Positions 34,305 to 37,091 of a stretch of DNA of 37,091 nucleotides are shown piece by piece; within the stretch, counting starts at the first letter, position 1, and every line of letters starts with the position of its first letter. This DNA is from Perkinsus chesapeaki ATCC PRA-425 (lineage: Eukaryota; Protista; Perkinsozoa). The position numbers and the translations under genes are program-made. Below the pieces are notes generated by a model. It saw only the letters and a program-made list of their open reading frames with translations. It ran no database searches and was not told where the DNA came from. The DNA is taken from contig JAAPAO010000355.1 of assembly GCA_013115145.1 (NCBI GenBank), positions 1 through 37,091 of the forward strand, written 5' to 3'.

Positions 34305-34541
34305 CCTAGAATCAGCCCCTTCGGCTGCATTCATATCACAATCGGGAATCTTATTTTGAATTGTGCTATCAATACAGCTAAGTTGGTGCTTAGGCTAGTA
34401 ATAGGTGCTCGACCCAGTTTGGATCAACGAAGTGCATCGGAGAAGACCTCGCTTGTGTGGCACAGGTTGTGTTGACAGCCAATTTACAGTAGACTTTACT
34501 CGACTCTTAGCCATATGAGGCGTCTCCATGCTAACGTTCCT

Positions 34542-34753
34542 TGTCGACTGTAGTACAGTCACTGTACCCGAACAGGTTCACTTATGTAGCGATTTCCTTT
34601 CGTTCACAAGAGTAATCTTGACAAAACCCTGAACCGTGATGAGGAGTTGTATACCTTTCCCCCCTCATGGAGGTTTAGTCAATACAAAAATGTATTCGAC
34701 TTCGATGATCCATTTACTCTTTTAAGAGTTATTGGCTGTGGGTATTCCTGAGC
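34542..34753 (-). repeat. Dispersed repeat, copy 2 (inverted copy of 26796-26993, with a 14-bp insertion)
   Basis: By-eye alignment to 26796-26993. Confidence 0.92.
34546..34567. other. Perfect 7+8+7 scar, X=GACTGTAC
   Basis: GACTGTA GTACAGTC ACTGTAC. The paralogue at 26982-26989 has a single 8-mer. Confidence 0.9.
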
Positions 34754-34911
34754 AGCTCGGCACTACCAGGTGTCGATAGTCAGTGTTCTCATTAGGAAAA
34801 ATGATGAACCACCCGTACAGGTTATCACGGTTATAATAAAACCACCACAACTAACAGGTGAGTTACAAAGGGATGTGTGGTCATATAGCAGTAACTCCCC
34901 AGATTAATTCC

Positions 34912-34984
34912 TGGTAACGATTCTACATGTAGAATCAGTGTTAGCGAAATTATCACGCAGAGTATTGTGTGCTTGGAGCACTAG
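34912..34984 (+). repeat. Terminal direct repeat, copy A1 (at least 73 bp)
   Basis: Identical to 37019-37091 up to the window end, and contains the perfect 18-bp palindrome GATTCTACATGTAGAATC. Confidence 0.95.
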
Positions 34985-35643
34985 CCTGGTACATGCGTTC
35001 AACTAGCCTAGCGAAGTGGTGCAAGCTAGAGGTATATAAACTTAGGACTAATAGATTTGTGATCTAATTGTCGAGTTGACGGCATCAACTCGATGAGACG
35101 TTTTGTTATCTTGTCGAAGGCTGCACGCCTTGTGACCCAGTTTTAGCTGTACGCTATAAATTATGATTATATTCGTATTTTGAGGTCACTAAATAAGAGT
35201 TAGTGCTCTGTGGACGGTTTCTAGTGAACCTCCGCGTCCCTACTCTACATAGAGAATACACTGTCTGTAAATGTGTTTCTTTGCATTATCCAAATGCTTC
35301 CATAAGTCATTAGTTTTCATGGAGATGAGTTACAAAGATGGGAAACCGATGTTGAATCAACATAGTTGAAGCATAATAGTATTGTTGATCAATGTTTGAT
35401 TCCTGTGTCATCAATGGGTTATCGGTGACGACTTGTCACAGTTCTGACATACACCACTATTAGTTGATTTCAACTTAGTGGAGCTCCGGGTTTCAAAGAC
35501 GCGCGGGTAGTCAGATCCACCCGAAAGTAATCAGCGAAGGCTCCTGCCTAAGCAAACCAAAGCTAGTGGAATCCATTAAATAGATCCCATTGTTCCAAGT
35601 CGCGCACCCCATAATAATCGATAGCTAAACTTAACGTTGTATA

Positions 35644-35665
35644 ATCTCTTCAAGAGATTCTCTTG
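35644..35665. other. Perfect 7+8+7 scar, X=ATCTCTTG
   Basis: ATCTCTT CAAGAGAT TCTCTTG. Confidence 0.85.
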
Positions 35666-35856
35666 TATATTACTAATGCCGTCAGTAATACCATATCACT
35701 TATATGTGAGGGGCGAACAACTCAGAGTAATATGATATTATTATAATGATAGTACCATTTGCGGCAAATGATTCGCCGATTCTCAGCAAGTTTAATGGCC
35801 TGATCTGTGTAAATTGTGTAATTGTGTGAATTGTGTAGAAGCCGGGTTTGGAGACT

Positions 35857-35878
35857 TGCTCCAATGGAGCAGCTCCAT
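35857..35878. other. Perfect 7+8+7 scar, X=TGCTCCAT
   Basis: TGCTCCA ATGGAGCA GCTCCAT. Confidence 0.85.
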
Positions 35879-36073
35879 ACGCAACGTATCTTTGTGTAAG
35901 CTAGATACTAGAATTAACATTCATAATACTATTACTCAAATATCAGTTTTATGGTTTACCGTCTTGAACCATCCCTCCCGTTTAATGGCTCCTTTCTTGT
36001 TTATACAGGTTTACTGATGACATGTTTTCCCTTGCTTTTCTTAGGTTTATTTACTCTCGATTTTCAATTTATA

Positions 36074-36502
36074 ATGGCCTATAATTATAGAGATAACTAC
36101 GAAGATTGGGACCCGAAGTATAATTACAACAAAGATAAAACCAACTACTCCGGGTACAACAACAACTACTACTATGGCAAAGACTACAGTAGCGGTAACT
36201 ACTACAAGAATGGCAATGATCTGGGATCTGCGGTCAATAAGGATGACATCGACAAGTTGCTAAATATGGGCAGTGGTTCCGTCACAACCAGTATTACCAC
36301 TACGAGGACTTTGCGACGACAGGTCTTTAAGGGTGACCACATGGACAGTTATGACGATGTAATTCGCCAGAGCACCGGCCCAGAACCATGTTGTTTACTC
36401 TCAAGGAAAGTGAACGAAGTGGGTCACTCTTCGGAGTTTCATATTCTCAACTCAGTAAGGATATCAAATATCTGGTTACTACTGTTTTCACTGGTGTGTT
36501 AG
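36074..36502 (+). pseudogene. Truncated ORF1/gag-like N-terminus (Y/N/G-rich)
   Basis: MAYNYRDNYEDWDPKYNYNK... begins about 1.1 kb into the element and overlaps the YR fragment in another frame. Assigned by position only. Confidence 0.4.
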
Positions 36503-36708
36503 AAGAAGATGAGGAGATCGGTAAGAAGACCTCTCACAGTATGAGAAGAACAGGGGTTAGATTGTTAGCTGAAGCGAATGTCCGTTTAGAAGCTATTGCT
36601 GATTATGGCCGCTGGAAGGACGTTAGAACTGTTCAGAATAACTATATGAGAGATCATAGTGGCAGACTTGGTCGTGAAAAGGAGTATTCACAGAACATGC
36701 TGAGTTAA
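36353..36708 (+). pseudogene. Tyrosine recombinase C-terminal fragment
   Basis: SHSMRRTG (H-x-x-R), GRWK and VQNNY (catalytic Tyr). The N-terminal Arg box is absent. Confidence 0.85.
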
Positions 36709-37018
36709 GGATTGCTTTAACAGTTGACATTAGAGTATGTTGTTGTAAGGGTTGTGTTGGATGGGTCATGAAATTCCATGTTGAAAGTTGGGAACGATGG
36801 GAGGTAGGACACTGAAGACTGCTGACCCAGCCAGAGACTGAGTTCGAGTCAGGCGGTCTTTTGGTGCCCTACTGAACAGTGATGGTTGTCAATGAAGACT
36901 AATAACAAGTGGAGACTGCATTAGTCTGTCACTTGACTCTGACAAAGTATATACTATTCATGTCAGAGTTCAACCATCTACTGTTCACATTCCCGACCTC
37001 TGCATCATGGGAATTTCG

Positions 37019-37091
37019 TGGTAACGATTCTACATGTAGAATCAGTGTTAGCGAAATTATCACGCAGAGTATTGTGTGCTTGGAGCACTAG
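37019..37091 (+). repeat. Direct repeat, copy A2 (truncated by the window end)
   Basis: Identical to 34912-34984. Confidence 0.95.

Larger units (their letters stand above)
34912..37091 (+). mobile_element. Internally deleted tyrosine-recombinase (DIRS-order, Ngaro/VIPER-like) element; runs off the window
   Basis: An identical direct repeat at 34912-34984 and 37019-37091 flanks an ORF1-like start fused to a YR C-terminal fragment. Confidence 0.75.

Overview
This is eukaryotic, intron-dense DNA. Most introns are about 40-50 nt GT-AG, and some are GC-AG. That style, plus a signal-peptide subtilisin and a small Cys-rich secreted protein, suggests a Perkinsus-like alveolate (inference). Layout: 1-7 kb is decayed repeat or pseudogene debris with no intact gene I can name. 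7.1-10.8 kb holds a partial amino-acid transporter and an atypical CaaX-ending Ras-like GTPase with a tRNA-Ser(AGA) inside one intron. 10.8-23.3 kb is a 12.5-kb KIF21-like gene (kinesin motor, coiled coil, WD40). 24.8-25.8 kb is an intronless subtilisin with a Glu/His/Ser triad. 26-30 kb holds poorly resolved multi-exon genes. 30.4-37.1 kb is a transposon nest: a PIF/Harbinger element, a CCTTAAGG palindrome array, and an internally deleted tyrosine-recombinase element. The most striking unexplained signal is a stereotyped 22-bp scar, X[1-7] + revcomp(X[1-8]) + X[2-8], with a different 8-mer X at each site. It occurs perfectly six times and imperfectly or in compound form several more times between 29.3 and 35.9 kb. 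The geometry matches hairpin-mediated (hAT-type, 8-bp TSD) excision repaired by annealing both opened hairpins. One scar frameshifts the Harbinger Myb gene, and another has an unscarred paralogue inside this window. Everything was read by eye, so exon boundaries are approximate.
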